From Parvularia atlantis (lineage: Eukaryota), in contig CALSCO010000664.1 of assembly GCA_943704415.1 (NCBI GenBank), positions 1 to 38,173 of the forward strand: a DNA stretch of 38,173 nt. The letters run 5' to 3'. Positions within the stretch are counted from its first letter, which is position 1; every line of letters starts with the position of its first letter. The notes under the pieces are model-generated. The model was not told the DNA's origin and did no database searches. It worked only from the letters and a program-made list of their open reading frames with translations. Positions 10,675 to 22,933 of this stretch are shown piece after piece. The position numbers and the translations under genes were made by a program.

Positions 10675-11578
10675 ATGCGCCGCCGCGTCTCGGCCGTCGT
10701 GTTTGACGTGCGGCGGCCCTCGTCTCTCGCTCGCGTCTCTCGTGCCGACAGCTGCTGCCCGTACGCGCACGCGCGCACGCTAGATGGACGGCACGCTCAC
10801 GGCGTCCGTGCTCGACTTTGCGCTCATGCGCCGGCGCATCGGCGTGCGGCCGGAGGAGGACATCCTGCACACGGTCGCGCGGGTGCGCGTGTTCAGGCTG
10901 CTGCGTGCGGCGCCCGGCTGACGCGGCGAGCAGATGCCGCCGGCCGAGCGTGCCGAGGCGATGCGCGTGATCCACGAGATGGAGGACGCGGCCGCGCGCG
11001 ACGTCGTGCTGCAGCCGGGCTTTGACGAGATCATGAACGTACGGCTGCTGCCGCTGCGCCGAGCGCGCGGCTGACGCGGCGGCAGCACCTCGAGGCGCAC
11101 GCGATTCCGCGCGCCATCCTCACGCGCAACCACGCCGGCGCCGTCGACCGCCTGCTGGCCGTGTCCGGGCGCACGTTCGATGCGGTGCTGACGCGCGACT
11201 TTACCCCGGTCAAGCCCGCGCCCGAGCCGCTGCTGCACATCTGCGCCAGCGTCTTTGTGCGTGCGCGCAGGCGCGGCCATGTGTACGTGCGTGCGTGCTG
11301 ACGGCGCACGGCGCGGCGCGTCATTGGTCACAGCGGCTGCCGCCGGCGTCGGTCGCCATGGTTGGCGGTGCGTGTCGCTCGACTGATCGCGGCTGCGGCT
11401 GACGACCGCGCGCCACAACGCAGACCACCTGGACGACCTGCGCTGCGGCCGGGCGGCGGGCGCGCTCGCCGTGCTGCTGCGCAACACGAGCAACGGGCAC
11501 TTTGCACACGAGGCCGACCACGTCGTCGACCGCCTCGACGAGCTTATCGACCTGTTTGGCGGCACCGCCCAGCTGTGA
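10675..11578 (+). CDS. HAD-superfamily hydrolase (YOR131C-like); 6 exons
   Basis: Spliced VVFD|MDGTLT (motif I), ILTRN, VKPAPEPLLHI, MVG|DHLDDLRCGRAAG. Stop at 11576-11578. Confidence 0.92.
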
Positions 11579-11636
11579 GTCGCCCCCTGCTCGGCTTACA
11601 GTACAGACATTGTGCATCGCGAACGCAGTCTCCGCC

Positions 11637-14029
11637 CTACCGCCGTCGCATCAGGTTGTGCCGCGGCCGCCACACCGCGCCGCCGACGACGTCGCCCGTT
11701 GGCACCTCTGTGCTGCCCGCGATGTACGGCGCCTCGTCCAGGCTGACCTGCGACTGGCACACGCTTGAGCACCGACCGCCGCGCGCCTGGCCCACGCGTT
11801 GTGGCACCTGCGCAAAGACCGACAGGGGCAGGTCGATGCCGTGGCCGCACAGCAGCAGGTTGACGCGCGCGAGATGCTCCGGCGGCACCGGCGTCAGGAC
11901 GTGCAGCACGCGCTGCTCCGTGTCGACGCCGCGCACAAGGCCTGCCGAGCGCGCGAGTTACGCGACACCGTGCACCACATACAGGCATGCGCGCACCGAG
12001 ACCGATGCAGTCGAGCACTGACGGCGCCGGCGGCCTCACCAGCCGCAGGCAGTCGAACGTCTCGTCGTCCTGCCCGTGCACGGTCTGCGCCGACATGCAT
12101 GTCAGCTCGTGCGCGCTGCCGATCGCCGGCGGGTCGCACCGCTGGCGCGTGTGTGTGCAGCTCGTCCGGGTCAATCGCCAGCCCCACGACGGTCGCGTTG
12201 ATCGCGTACAGCGTGACGTGCGCCGGCACCTGGCGCCGACGTGTGTGAGCGCTGTGCCGCCTCGTGCAGGGGGGGGGCGCTGGCGTACCGGCGCGAGCGC
12301 GAACGCCACGCCGACGGCCTCCCACGGCACCGCGTACGGCACGTGGGCGTACAGCGGCGCGCGCGTGTCGGCGAGGAAGTACGTCGCGAGGGCGAGCGCA
12401 CGAAGGTCCCTGGCAGAGTACATCGCACTGTGCGCGCATGTCAGCGAGCAGCGCTGCGGATTTGCAGACGCACTTGGCCGTCGCCAACTCGCCGTTCAGC
12501 CGTACGTCGATCACAGCCGCGCTGGTGCTGCACGCGCGACCGACGAGTAAGCCAAGCGCACACCCATGCAGCGGCGGCTGCGCACGTGAGCGGCCGGTCG
12601 AAGCGCGACGTGGGCCGTTGGTCGGCCAGTTGAAGCACGACGTCAGGCCGCGTGACGTCGACAGTGGTCTGCAGCAGCTCAAAGCCCGTGCCTGTGCCGG
12701 CCGACGTGAGACCGTGCAGGGTGCCGGTGTGCGGTGCACGCACCGCGGATCCACCCGGGCGTGTTGACGACGAGCGGCACCGGCCCGAGCTCGGAGGCGC
12801 AGTGCGCGGCGTGGTGCCGGCTCAGGCGCTCGATGGCGGTCATGTACGCCCCCGGGTCGTGCTTGGACGACGTGGCGCCGACAAAGAGCGCCCTGCGCGT
12901 GCACCGTCAGCACACGAAACGCCGGGCGCAGCAACACGTACAGCTTGGGCACGGCTTGGTGCGTGAACGACGGCCCTACGATGCGCGCAGTCAGCGTGCA
13001 TCGGTGCAGCCTTCGAGCGGTTCCGCACCAAACAGAAAGCTGTCGACGTAGCTGAGTGCGACCAGGCCCGGCGGCGTGAACTCGCCCTGGCCGGGGTCAG
13101 CCTCGATGTGCGCAACAGTGCCGAATCTGTGCCACAGAGCCGTCGTGAGCCGTGCGCTTCACGCGACGCCCGACCGCCACACCGCTCAATCAGCGCGTTG
13201 ACGAGGATGCGCGCGAGCGTGCTCTTGCCCGTGTTCTTCACGCCCGTCACGAGCACGCGTGCTGCGTCCAGACGTCGTCAGCCGCGCGACCGTGCCACAA
13301 ACGGCGCACGCACTCGTCGCCGTCGCGCCGTGCAGCACCCGCGCCAGCGCCGCCGTCCACGCCTCGGGCATCGCAAATAGCGTCAAACCCGGCTGCGGCG
13401 CAAGGATCTGCGGCGAGCAGGGCCGATCAGCGCTCGTTCGCAAGTGAGCAGCAGCAGCACTGCTGTGCACGATGTCAAAGGTGCTGAGGCGCAGCGCGCC
13501 GGTCCCGTCCACGACGCCGCCGCTGAAGACGTCGCGGAACTCGGCCAAGGCGCAGACGCCGTCGAAGCGGTCGCGGGCGCCCGGCGAGACGCGCACGACG
13601 GCCGCGCAGTCGTCGTCGTCGGCGTGTTGGCCCAAGCTGACGGCGACGATGCTGAGGAGGGCGTGCGTGGCGGGCGAGAACAGGGCGAGCTCGCCGTGGC
13701 GCGGCACGATTAGCTGGCCCTGCACCACGACGGCGCCGCGCAGCACGCGCAGCCGCAGTGCCCCGAGGACGCACACGATCTGCACTCGCGCACGATCAGA
13801 AGCAGCACACGCGGCACCGTCGGCAGCACACGTCGTGCTCGTCCAGCCTGAGCGTGGTCGCATCGGCGCCGTCCACGAGCACGTTACGCCCGGGCACCGG
13901 CACGAAGCTCGATGCGCAACGCGGATCGACGCTGCGTCGCGCCGCGCGTCAGCTGTGAGTGAGCGAGCGAGGTGCGAGGCCGCGCCTCTTGGACGACGCC
14001 TTGGCGGCCATCGCCGTGTCGAGCGTCAT
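11637..14029 (-). CDS. NOL9: Polynucleotide 5'-hydroxyl kinase NOL9/Grc3; multi-exon
   Basis: P-loop VTGVKNTGKSTLARILVN, ADPGQGEFTPPG, VVNTPGWI, CLGLVRGVD...LHVLTP, C-terminal PRHNLMRRR*. The start codon is uncertain. Confidence 0.9.
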
Positions 14030-14121
14030 TGGCGGTGCACAGCGATGCGACGGCGACGACCGCGACAGCGACGACGACGAGGCGCACGACGACGAGGCCG
14101 AAAGCGATCAAGAAGTAGCGG

Positions 14122-14251
14122 TTCGCCGGCATTGCCATCGCCTGATCGCGAGACACGCGCTCCGCCGGCATTGCCATCGCCTGATCGCGAGACACGCGCT
14201 CCGCCGGCATCGCCATCGCCTGATCGCGAGACACACGCTCTGCCGACATCA
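14122..14251. repeat. 39-bp tandem repeat x ~3.3 in a divergent intergenic region
   Basis: Unit TCCGCCGGCATTGCCATCGCCTGATCGCGAGACACGCGC; near-identical copies seen directly. Confidence 0.95.
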
Positions 14252-14273
14252 CTCTCGCGCGCTTGTCCCTTGC

Positions 14274-15098
14274 ATGGAGGTCGTGTCGCGCGCACGTGAA
14301 GGCGTCGCCTCGGTCGTCGCGGCGGTGCGCGCGGCGCTGGACGAGGCTGTGGTCGGGCCCGAGGTCGCCGCGCGCAACCGCTACCTGGCGCTGGTGCGGC
14401 GCCGTGGTGTGAACGGCGGACACCTGACACGCCGCGGGCGGCAGGGTGCCGGCGCCGCACTGCTCGCGGTCGGGTACATGTACCTGCGCAAGGCGCTGCA
14501 CCTGGTGCGCGCGGCGACGGGCAGCAGCGCGCGCGGTGCGTGCTCAACGACGGGGCGGCGCGCAGACGGCCGAGGACCGCGCCAGCCAGCGCCGCAAGAC
14601 CAAGCTCGGCGTCGGCCTGCAGAAGGCGCACCGCGCGTTCCTGCGCGAGGTCGCGGCGCGCTACCGCTTCGGCGACGAGTCCAAGACGCTGCGCATGGCC
14701 ATCGACTACGCCAACCAGGAGCTGGACACCGACCACATCTTCACTGTCGCGCGCGTGTCGGCCGCCGCCGAGGTGCGCCGCGATGCCTCGTGCGCGCGCG
14801 ACTGACGACCGCGCGCGCGCAGCTGCTCGCCGATTCGGAGCCGGCCATCGTCACGCTCGATAAGGAGTCGCACGTCGAGTGGCTGGTCAAGATGCAGCAG
14901 AGCAAGGTGCGCCCTGCCGGCGTTCGTGCTCGCGCTCATGCGCGGGCGCAGGGCCTTGCAAGCGTCGACCAAGCGCTGGCCATCGTGCTCGAGCACGTCA
15001 TGAGCGTGCAGGACCAGGCGACCATCTTTGAGATCGACCGCACCAAGACCCGCCCCGTGCACGGCGAGCCCAGCATCATCCTCTCGATCAAGTCGTGA
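14274..15098 (+). CDS. Uncharacterised protein: hydrophobic anchor plus two tandem ~45-aa repeats (ribbon-helix-helix-like); 5 exons
   Basis: Four canonical phase-0 introns give a clean ORF. GAGAALLAVGYMYL is followed by repeats LQKAHRAFLREVAARYRFGDESKTLRMAIDYA...HIF and LDKESHVEWLVKMQQSKGLASVDQALAIVLEHV...TIF. Confidence 0.75.
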   Translation: MEVVSRAREGVASVVAAVRAALDEAVVGPEVAARNRYLALVRRRGVNGGHLTRRGRQGAGAALLAVGYMYLRKALHLVRAATGSSARGACSTTGRRADGRGPRQPAPQDQARRRPAEGAPRVPARGRGALPLRRRVQDAAHGHRLRQPGAGHRPHLHCRARVGRRRGAPRCLVRARLTTARAQLLADSEPAIVTLDKESHVEWLVKMQQSKVRPAGVRARAHARAQGLASVDQALAIVLEHVMSVQDQATIFEIDRTKTRPVHGEPSIILSIKS

Positions 15099-15136
15099 TC
15101 GTCGCTGTGTGTCCCGCATCCAGTGCAGGGTCTTCA

Positions 15137-16454
15137 TCAGTCCACATGCAACAACAGCGTGCTCATGTAGTCCGTCTGCAGCAGATTGACGTTGACCGGG
15201 TGGTCCACGTCGGCGCTGCCCCGGTGCAGCACACGGCCCTCGCGCCGTGCCGTGCGCAGCGACTGGCGCACCTGCTGTAGCAGCAGGGCCGACGTGACGC
15301 GGTGGCTGCACGACGCCACAAAGAGCAGGCCGCTCGGTGCGAGGTGCCGCAGCGACAGCGTCACCAGCCGTTCGTACGTGCGCAGCCCGTCGGTCAGGTG
15401 CACGTTGACCGGCACGAACGGCGGCGGGTCAATGATGATGACGTCGTACTTCTGCTCGGCGCTGCTGTCGCGCGGCCACGTCCTCAGCAGCTTGCTCACA
15501 TCGCTCTTGACAAACGTGACGCGGTCGGCCACGCCGTTGCGCCTCGCGGCCTCGGCGCCGAGGTCGATCGACGCCTGCGAGCGGTCGACGCACAGCACGT
15601 GCGCGGCGCCGTGCGCGGCGGCCTGGATGCCAAACGCGCCCGTGTGGCTGGTGCGCGGGGGCGGCATCAGGCACGCGCGCCACACGAGTACGCACGCACC
15701 AAAACAGGTCGAGCACGCGCCGCCCGGCGCACAGGCGCGCGACGCGCTTGCGGTGCTGGCGGTGGTCGTAGTACCAGCCGGTCTTCTGGCCGTCGCGCAG
15801 GTTCACGGGGAAGACGAGGCCGTCCTCGAGCAGGTCGAGCGTGGCCGGCACGTCGCCGCGCAGCTCGGGCTCGTCGTGCACGGTGAGGCCCTCGGCAACG
15901 CGGACGGGCGCGTCGCGGCGGACGACGACACCGGCCGGCGCGAGCGTGTCATCGATCGCCGCGAGCAGCTCGTCTTTGTGCAGGTCGAAGGCGGCCGAGT
16001 TGATCTGCACAGTGAGGCAGCGGTCGTAGCGGTCGATGGCCAGGCCGGGCATGCCGTCGCTCTCGGCGTGGATGATGCGGCACCAGCGCGCGTCGGCGGG
16101 CTGCAGCAGGCGCTCGCGCAGCGCGGACGCTGCGCGCAGCCGCCGACGCATCCACGTTCCGAGGTCGAGCTTGCCGTCGGGGTCCTCGTGCGCGGTCCAG
16201 GCCAGGCGGGCGCCGATCTTGCTGTGCGGGTTGTAGAAGGCCGTGGCGATGTCCTTGGCGTTGACGGGGTCGGCCAGCCGCACGAGCGCGCCGGCCGGCA
16301 GCGACGCGAGCCCCGGGTGCGCGCGCAGATCGGTGCTGTACGCCCACGGCTGGCGCAGCCGGCGCGCCGCGGCCGACAGGAACACGCGCGGCGCAGCTGC
16401 CGTCGACATCCGGCTCACAGCGACGGCGCAAAAGACGTGGCCGCGCACCGGCAT
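15137..16454 (-). CDS. rlmI: RlmI-like rRNA m5C methyltransferase (PUA domain plus SAM-dependent MTase); one intron (15648-15699)
   Basis: HAESDGMPGLAIDRY, GQKTGWYYDHR, VLDLFC|HTGAFG, YDVIIIDPPPF, ASCS, DHP. Alternative start at 16409. Confidence 0.9.
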
Positions 16455-16554
16455 CAGTATTGCCTGGCTGCGACGGCGCTACAGACGTGTCGGAAGCGTG
16501 ACAGTCGGCACTAATGGCTACACAATTCGCCGAGGCATACGTACATAGGCAGCG

Positions 16555-18336
16555 ATGCCCGATTACGCCGCGGTACGGCGCCTTGTGCGCCTTGTGCGCC
16601 GTGGGCCGCCGCCTGGCTGAGCCGATGTGCGCGCACCGGCGCAGATCTGGGCGTGCAACGAGGCGCTGCAGTCGTTCAACGCGCGCGCCGACGCGCTCGC
16701 GGCCCACGCGGCCGGCGACGCCGATGGGACCCGCGCGACGCTGCTGCAGGCCATGCGCGCGCTCAAGGAGCTGCAGACGTGCGCGCGCGCCCCTCCTCGC
16801 CGCCGTCGCACGCGCAACGGCCTTTGACGGACAGCACCGATGCACAGTGCCGGCGTGCAGTCGAGCGAGCTCGAGGACCACGCGGCCGCGGTCGTCGGCA
16901 CGTTCAAGGTGCGCGCGCCTCGGTGGCACGCGCCAGGCCGCGTTCACGCCGAGGCGCAGGGCTTCTTGGCCGCCGACGGCGCGGCGCAGCGCGCGCAATT
17001 TGCGCAGCAGATCCGCACCTTGCAGGCCGTCGTCAAGAAGGCCGTGACCGCGTTCCTGACCGACGGCGCTGTCGAGGTACGCGCTGCGCTGCCTTGCCCG
17101 CTCGCGCTCGCCCTCACGCTCGCGCCGCGGCCGCGACAGGACGCGACGAAACTTTCGGCCGAGGAGCGGCAGCGGCAGCAGGAGGAGGCGGAGCTGGCGC
17201 GCCTGCGCGAGGTGCACAAACGGTCGGTGCAGCGAGCAGCGTGCTAAGACGGGGACCCGCAGCGCATCCGCCAGAAGGAGCAGCAGGCAGACCTGATGGG
17301 CGCCAAGGAGGCCGAGCAGCGGCGCAAGGAGGAGGAGCAGATGCGCACAAACGAGATGCTGCGCAAGAAGGAGGCCGAGCTGATCGCCAAGGGTGCGCGC
17401 CACCTGCGACTCTCGCGCGCGCGCACCGTTCACACGTCGCCGCACGACCAGCCGCCGAGACCGTCGCGTCATCGGCAGCAGGCGCGGGGCGAGCGTCGTC
17501 AAAGCGGCCCGCGGCCATCGATATCCCCACGCCGCAGGGCATCGGCGCGCCTGCGCACGCCAGCCCGCGTATCTCGGCCAGCCCGCGCAACCAGCTCAGC
17601 CCACGCTCGCCAGCAAGCCCGGCAGTGGTGCGCGCGCGCGAGGCCGGGTCGCCGTACTCGTACTCGCCGCCGGTGCGCCCTCTGCCTCGCCACGCGCCGC
17701 TCGCTCATCGCACGCACGCGCACAGGAGACGCTGGTGCAGGCCGGCAACAAGGTGCACACGGAGCTGCAGAGCCAATTGATCGCGATTAAGCTGGACGAG
17801 TTCAGCAAGAGCGACGCTGGCAAGGGCATGGTCGGCAGCACGCTACGCAAGTCCAACTCGGTCGAGATGAAGAAGACGCCCTCGTCCGAGTTTAACCAGC
17901 CGGGGCTCAACAAGGGCGCGCGCAAGTCGCCATCGCGTGAGTTGCCGACGGTGCGCGCCGGCAGTCAGGCGATCGCCGCCAGCTGACGACCGGCCTGCAT
18001 GCGCACGTGCAGTGGCAGAGCGAGACCCACGCGGCCAAGGTGCTTACGCGGCACTACATGGAGGACTACGACGTCAAGCTAAGCCTGCACCTCAAGCGGT
18101 GCAAGGCGTGCAAGGTGCGTGCTGGTTGTCGGGCGCGCCGCACCACACACTTAGCACGCCGCGATAGGACATGCTCTTCCCGGGCGCGCGCGTGCTCAAG
18201 TGCCAGAGTGCGCGCGTGCGAGACGCGCCGGACGCAGCGCTGACCTCGCCGCGCAGCCTGCGGCATCATCGTGCACAGCCAGTGCTTCACCAGCCAGGTC
18301 AACGACTTTGTGCAGTGCCAGCAGTCGACGTACTGA
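16555..18336 (+). CDS. Uncharacterised protein: helical N-domain, coiled coil, SP-rich linker and C-terminal C1 (zinc) domain; multi-exon
   Basis: MPDYAA|IWACNEAL...; E/R/Q-rich coiled coil; spliced C-terminus HYMEDYDVKLSLHLKRCKACKDMLFPGARVLKCQTCGIIVHSQC...C fits the C1 H/C pattern. Confidence 0.75.
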
Positions 18337-18349
18337 ACATTCGTCCTTG

Positions 18350-21300
18350 TCACAAAGAAACCTCGTCAATGATGCTGCGCGCGGCCGTGTCAGCGCTCGC
18401 GCATGGCGGCCACGGCCGACGCACCGGAAGCAGAACGTCCAGTGGTACGCCGTGAAGCGCACGGTGATCTTGTCGAAGCGCGGCTGGCCGTTCTGCGTCA
18501 CACGTCAGCGAACGCCGCGCCTGCTGCCCCGCACTTGCCTTGAGCGGGAAGCCCATGATGAACTTGGACAGGGCCAGGTCCGGGAAGCTGTCGACAATGG
18601 TCTTGAGCAGCGCCGCGTTGCGCTGGTTCTTTGCAAAGTCCGACATGTACCTTGAAGCGGTCGATCTGCTCAGGGGGCGGCGCGCACACGCGACCGCGCA
18701 TGCACGCACCACGAGAAGATCTGCGGCACCTCGACCACGCGCGAGCGCTGCGCCACGCCGATGGCGCGCATGAGCACCCACTGAACCTCGCGCTTGATCT
18801 GCGCCCAGGCGTCAGCTACCGATGCGCGCCAGGGCAGCACACGACGCACCTGCTCGTGCAGCATCTCGGGCTGATACGCGACCATTCGCCCGCACGAGAC
18901 TGTCCCGTCCACGAGCAGGAAGCGCACAAACGGGTCGGTGTTTGTCAGGCGCAGATGGTACCTGGCGGGCCTGGTGAGCGGCAGCACGCGGCGCAGCGGC
19001 AGGGGCGCACCGCGGGTCGTCGGGCGTGAGCTTGTAGAAGTTCACGAGCGGGCGGATGATGAACGGCACATCCGGCAGGGTTTGGCTGGCCATGATGATG
19101 CCTGCGCGCGCGCGCGCGCGCCCGCGTCATCAAGCGGGCGCTCGAGACTGGCGCCGCCACCACAGACCGTGGGCGAGGTCGGTCATCGAGTAAAAGTTGC
19201 CGCCAATGTCGTACACGACCTTGCGGCGAGCGGCGCGGCGTCAGCAGACCGCGCGGCCGAAGCGCAAGACGCGCGCAGGCCTTGTTGTACAGCACGTCCA
19301 CGCGGTTGAAAAAGCCGGACGGCAGCGACATCTCGATGAACGCGTGCATGCTGCGCAGCGGCACGGCGCGTCAGCTACACGTCACACACGGGCGCGAACG
19401 CACCAGAGCACGTTGTGGATGTTGAGGAAAAAGCACAGGCGCTCGTCCTCGCTCAGCGGCTCAAGGTGGCACTGGTCCAGGTCGGCCACGAGCCGGCGAA
19501 AGGCCGACTGGTACAGATCCATCTCGCGCAGGTGCTCGAGCAGCTGGCGCGGTCTCAGCATGCACGGACGCGCCGTGCAGTGCAGCGTGTCGCACCTTGT
19601 CGTCGCGGAAGACGAACGTCGCCGCGTCCTCGGACGGCTTGGCCGCGGTCCACCCGCCGAGCTTGTAGATGGCGATCATGAGCTTGGCCAGCTTGATCGA
19701 TAGCACGACCGGGTCGGCGCTCTCGTCGATCGGCTTGCCGCGCGGGTGCCTGCTGTTGCGCGCGCATGAGCAGCGGCAGCACGCGCCAACGGGGGCACGC
19801 ACGCGTGGGCATCGGCGTCAACTGCTGGCGTGCGGGCGCGCGCCGGCACGGCCTCGTCGCCCCCGGGCGTGCACGTGCGGACGGGTGTGGGCGGCGCCGG
19901 CACCGGCAGCGACAGCAGTGACGCGCTCGGGTGCCCAATGTGCGCGAGTGCCGCGAGGCCCGCAGCCACTAGCGGCCCCGGGTGCCTGCGTGCGCAGAGT
20001 AAGACGTGTGGCGCGCACGCAAATGGCCACGCGCGACGTGCCCTGGCCGGCCGAGCACGCCCTCGATCGGGCTGCCGCTGAGCACGCGTCCCCAGCTGGC
20101 CGCGGCGCGTCCCGGTGGCGGCGTGAGCGTGCGCGCGTTGAGCACGTGCCGGCTGTCCGGGCGGTGGAACGCGCGCTTCTCGGCCGCGCCCGGCGCGGGC
20201 TGCTCCTGCTGCTGCTGCCCACCAGCGACCGCGTGCCACTCGTTGTCCACGACCCAGTCAGTGATGTCCTCTGCGACGGCGCATGCGCGCAGGCCTCAGT
20301 AGCGACGGCAAACGGACGCCACGCACCGGCCGCAGCCATCGCGTTGCGCAGCGTCTGCACGTGCATGCCGAGCAGCGTGCGGACGGCCGCGCCGGGCTCG
20401 AGCAGCACCGGGTCCAAGTGCGCGAGCACCGACTCGGCCTCGTCCATCGTCAGCTGCCCCACAATCTGGCTCGCCGCGGCTCCCCAGGCCTGGCGCATGT
20501 GCTCGGTGCTATCACTTGGGCTGCGCGCGCGCGCGCGCGTCAGCATCACGGCAGTGCAGAGCAGTGGCCACGCACAAGTCATGCAGAAGGTGCGCGTACT
20601 CGAGCAGCGCGTCGATCCATTTGTCGGCGTTCTCGAAAGCGACTGCCCGCAGCCAGCGCACGTCGAGGTTGTTTGGGTGTGCGCGCGCGACTGCGGCACG
20701 CGTCGGCATGCATCAGTCGCAACTGGCAGCTGGCCGTGTGCCGCGAGACGCACGCGGCTCAAGCTGGTCTAGCAGGTTCTTCATCGGGTGCCGCTCCAAC
20801 TCCTGCAGCCGTGTGAGCACGCGGCTCGGCGAGCGCGGGCCGGCACACCGTCAGCAGCAGCAGGGCGTCGACGCTGAGCGTGCACGCGGGCCGCGTGGGC
20901 GGCTGTGCGGCCGACGACGGCTCCAGCAGGCGCTCGATCGACTGCTCGCCGTCGCGCGGCGGCAGGCTGAGTGTGGCAACGACTGTGCGCGCGAGCGGAG
21001 CATGGGCGGGCGAGCACCACGACACGCTGCGTATGCGCACACACCGGCTGGTAGTGGCGGCGGCGGGCCGGCGGGGTCCTTCACCCCGCGCCGCAGGTTG
21101 TACGCGCGCAAGTAGTCGCCAAAGCCCAGCCACAGGCTCGGCTGGAAGCCGTCATCGGGGCTCGCCGGGCGGCGGCTCTTGAACTCAGAAAACATGGACG
21201 TCTCGGCGAAGCGCTACGGCGGACGGGCGTCAGACGCGCGAGACCGCGGCGTCGCAAGCCGTGCACCTTGACAAACCGCCGCTCGCTCTCGGGGAAGGAG

Positions 21301-22890
21301 CACACGAACGCCGCCGTGTCGAACGTGCCGTCGGCGCCCAGGTGCCGCGACACGTTCGCGAGCAAGTAGCAGAAGACGTCGTCGAGGATGAGCGTGCGGA
21401 TGTCGTTGACAAACGCGCGTGTCTCGGGCAGGAGGTGCACGTCCATGTGCGCGTCGACCCGCTGCCGCTCGGCGCCCGCGGCTTCCGCACGTCGGCTGAG
21501 CGCCACGCGCCACCGCCGCTCGAGCTGCCGCAGGGCCTCGAGCGTGCGCGCGGCGTGCGGGAACAGGAGCGGCGCGTCCGAGCTCCAGACCTGCTCGTCG
21601 TCAAGGCACACGCGAAGGACCTGCGGCGAGACGGCGTCGAGGTGCTCGGCCACGGCCGCGGACGACAGGCCCATGAACACGACCGAGACGGACGTGACCT
21701 GCTCGGCGAGGGGCGCGGGCAGGACAGGCACGTAGACCATGCGCCACTCGAACGGGAGCAGCAGCGCGCCGAGGCTCTCGCAGACCTGTGTCAGGTCAAG
21801 GTACGACTCGCTGAACACAAGCGCCGACTCCTCCACGAGCAGGCCCGACAGCACCTGGGGGGGGCGCGCACGAAAGGGCCGTGAGCGCGGCGCACAACGA
21901 TCGCGCAGCACGCACTCGCAGCAGCGACCCGGGTCCGAGGCGGTCGAAGAGCAGCGACACGCGCGCGTCCACGTAGGGCAGGCGCGTGTCGCAGTGCATC
22001 GCCGACAGCGTCCACTGCCGCTGCGTCTCGGCCAGGGTGATCGAGACGTCGATGGCGGGCGAGAGGCGCGGCAGGAGCGTCTGCATCGGCGGCCAAGAGC
22101 ATCAGCCGTCCACCGCACATCCCGCGGTGCCGCACCTCGTGGTACAGGCGCAACAGGAAGCGCTCAGCGCTCGCGAGCGGCGACGCGCCCGGCCGCAGCA
22201 GCAGCTGGTGCAGCTCCCACAGCAGCAGCTCAAGCGTGGTTGTGACGGGCGCGGTCGAGGCGAGGCAGACGACGCCGCTGAGGCGCGGCGCGGGCGGCTC
22301 GGACGACGTGTGCGAGATGACGATCGCGGGCGACGAGCCGCTGCGGGCCGCGTCGCCCGCGCCGAGCGAGCTGGCCGAGGAGGGCATGCGGCGCGTGGCG
22401 TTGAGTGCGCTGGCGGAGCGGTGGATACCCTCGCCGAGCGCGGCGGCGGCGTTGCCGGTAGTGCTGGCCGAGGATGGCTCTACGCGCAGCTGCGTGTCGA
22501 CGAGGCAGGCGACGAAGCTGCGCGATCGATCGATCAGCGGGAGCGGGGAGCGGGCAGCAGGCAGCGGGCGCACAGCTTGTTGCCGAACGCGTCCGTGAGC
22601 ACGAAGGAGAAGACGGCCGGGCGGTGCGGCTCGCAGACGTCCGGCGCAGGGACGCAGAACAGCTCGACGCGCTCGAGCATCTCGCGGCGGCTGCGCGCTG
22701 CGCGGCTTTCACGTGCACGCGGGGGCGGATGGACGTGCTTGAAGAGCGCGCGCGCGCCGGCGAAGGTGTCGGCGCCGTCATCGGCACTGCCCACGCTCGC
22801 CGCATCGCCTGCGGACGGCGACGGCGCCGCGTACGCGACCTGCGCGAGCACGAAGCCCTCGACGAGGCGCCGCGGGCCGAGTGAGTGCAT
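18350..22890 (-). CDS. DENN-domain protein (uDENN/cDENN/dDENN, putative Rab GEF) with RUN-like region and C-terminal DUF547; multi-exon
   Basis: FSFVLTDAFGNK, LLVEESALVFS...LLLPFEWRMVYVPVLP, FAETSMFSEF; RUN-like VRWLRAVAFEN...; DUF547 ERLCFFLNIHN, YDIGG, DPR, PQIFSWY.SDF, YHW. The fusion depends on the GC-AG intron 19986-20041. Confidence 0.75.
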
Positions 22891-22933
22891 CCGCGACGAG
22901 ATCTTTCCTAGGTGAGCCGCGCGAATTCGCAGC

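Noticed and set aside
14122..14251. CRISPR array (also considered for 8595-8659)
   Set aside because: Head-to-tail repeats with no unique spacers, no cas genes, and a eukaryotic context.
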